Source of the DNA: Eledone cirrhosa
Lineage: Eukaryota
Reading direction: 5' to 3'
Assembly: GCA_964016885.1 (NCBI GenBank)
Contig: OZ024758.1
Coordinates: 28,024,001 to 28,088,000 of the forward strand
Length of the DNA stretch: 64,000 bases
This document shows, one piece after another, positions 63,083-64,000 of this stretch (positions are counted from its first letter, which is position 1; every line of letters begins with the position of its first letter). Both the position numbers and the translations under genes were made by a program. The notes under the pieces are model-generated. The model saw nothing but the letters and a program-made list of their open reading frames with translations. It was not told the origin of the DNA and did no database searches.

Positions 63083-63934
63083 CATCCTCAGTCGACATCA
63101 TCACCCCTTCCTTCCTCAGTGGAGGTTATCACCCCTTCCTTTCTCAGTCAACGTAATCACCCCTTCCTTCCTCAGTTGACGTCATCACCCCTTCCTTCCT
63201 CAGTCAAAGTAATCACCCCTTCCTTCCTCAGTTGACATCATCACCCCTTCCTTACTCAGTTGACGTCATCACCCCTTCCTTCCTCAGTCAACGTAATCAC
63301 CCCTTCCTTCCTCAGTCAACATCAGCACCCCTTCCTTCCTCAGTCGACGTAATCACCCCTCCCTTCCTCGGTCAATGTAATCACCCCTTCCTTCCTCGGT
63401 CAACCTAATCACCCCTTCCTTCCTCAGTTGACGTAATCACCCCTTCCTTCATAAGTCAACATAATCACCCCTTCCTTCCTCAGGCAATGTCATCACCCCT
63501 TCCTTCCTCAGTCAACATAATCACCCCTTCCTTCCTCGGTCAACGTAATCACCCCTTCCTTCCTCAGTCGACGTAATCATCCCTTCCTTCCTCAGTCAAC
63601 ATAATCACCCCTTCCTTCCTCAGTCAACGTAATCACCCCTTCCTTCCTCAGTCAACGTAATCACCCCTTCCTTCCTCAGTTGACGTAATCACCCCTTCCT
63701 TCCTCAGTCAACATAATCACCCCTTCCTTCCTCAGTCAACGTAATCACCCCTTCCTTCCTCAGTCGACGTAATCATCCCTTCCTTCCTCAGTCAACATAA
63801 TCACCCCTTCCTTCCTCAGTCAACGTAATCACCCCTTCCTTCCTCAGTCAACGTAATCATCCCTTCCTTCCTCAGGCAATGTCATCACCCCTTCCTTCCT
63901 CAGTCAACGTATTCACCCCTTCCTTCCTCAGTCA
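63083..63934. repeat. 28-bp minisatellite (about 30 copies)
   Basis: Unit ATCACCCCTTCCTTCCTCAGTCAACGTA. Confidence 0.93.
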
Positions 63935-64000
63935 TCTCTAGTGTGTGACAGACAAATACACAAGACTTTTTTATATTAGTCGATAATAAATTTTGAATAA

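Overview
Eukaryotic, AT-rich, repeat-dense DNA. The repeat content (RTE LINEs with (GAT)n tails, tRNA-derived CORE-like and Meta-domain SINEs, multi-kb (TA/CA)n tracts) suggests a cephalopod such as octopus; this is an inference. The only host gene found is the 3' half of a GH20 beta-hexosaminidase (HEXB-like) on the minus strand, with 8 exons from 59362 down to 11795; its 5' exons lie beyond the window. The catalytic HLGGDE motif is intact. The gene appears to splice through a GC-AG intron onto an extra exon encoding two hydrophobic segments, suggesting a membrane-anchored hexosaminidase. The introns and downstream flank hold one intact 1039-aa RTE LINE, many copies from three RTE subfamilies, two SINE families, piggyBac-type MITEs, CRE and Penelope (GIY-YIG) fragments, and several minisatellites grown from TE sequence. 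A non-coding element with direct and inverted repeats (5857-6740) carries a well-formed type I hammerhead ribozyme, and further hammerhead-like cores occur elsewhere. Repeat boundaries are approximate; exon boundaries were read by hand.
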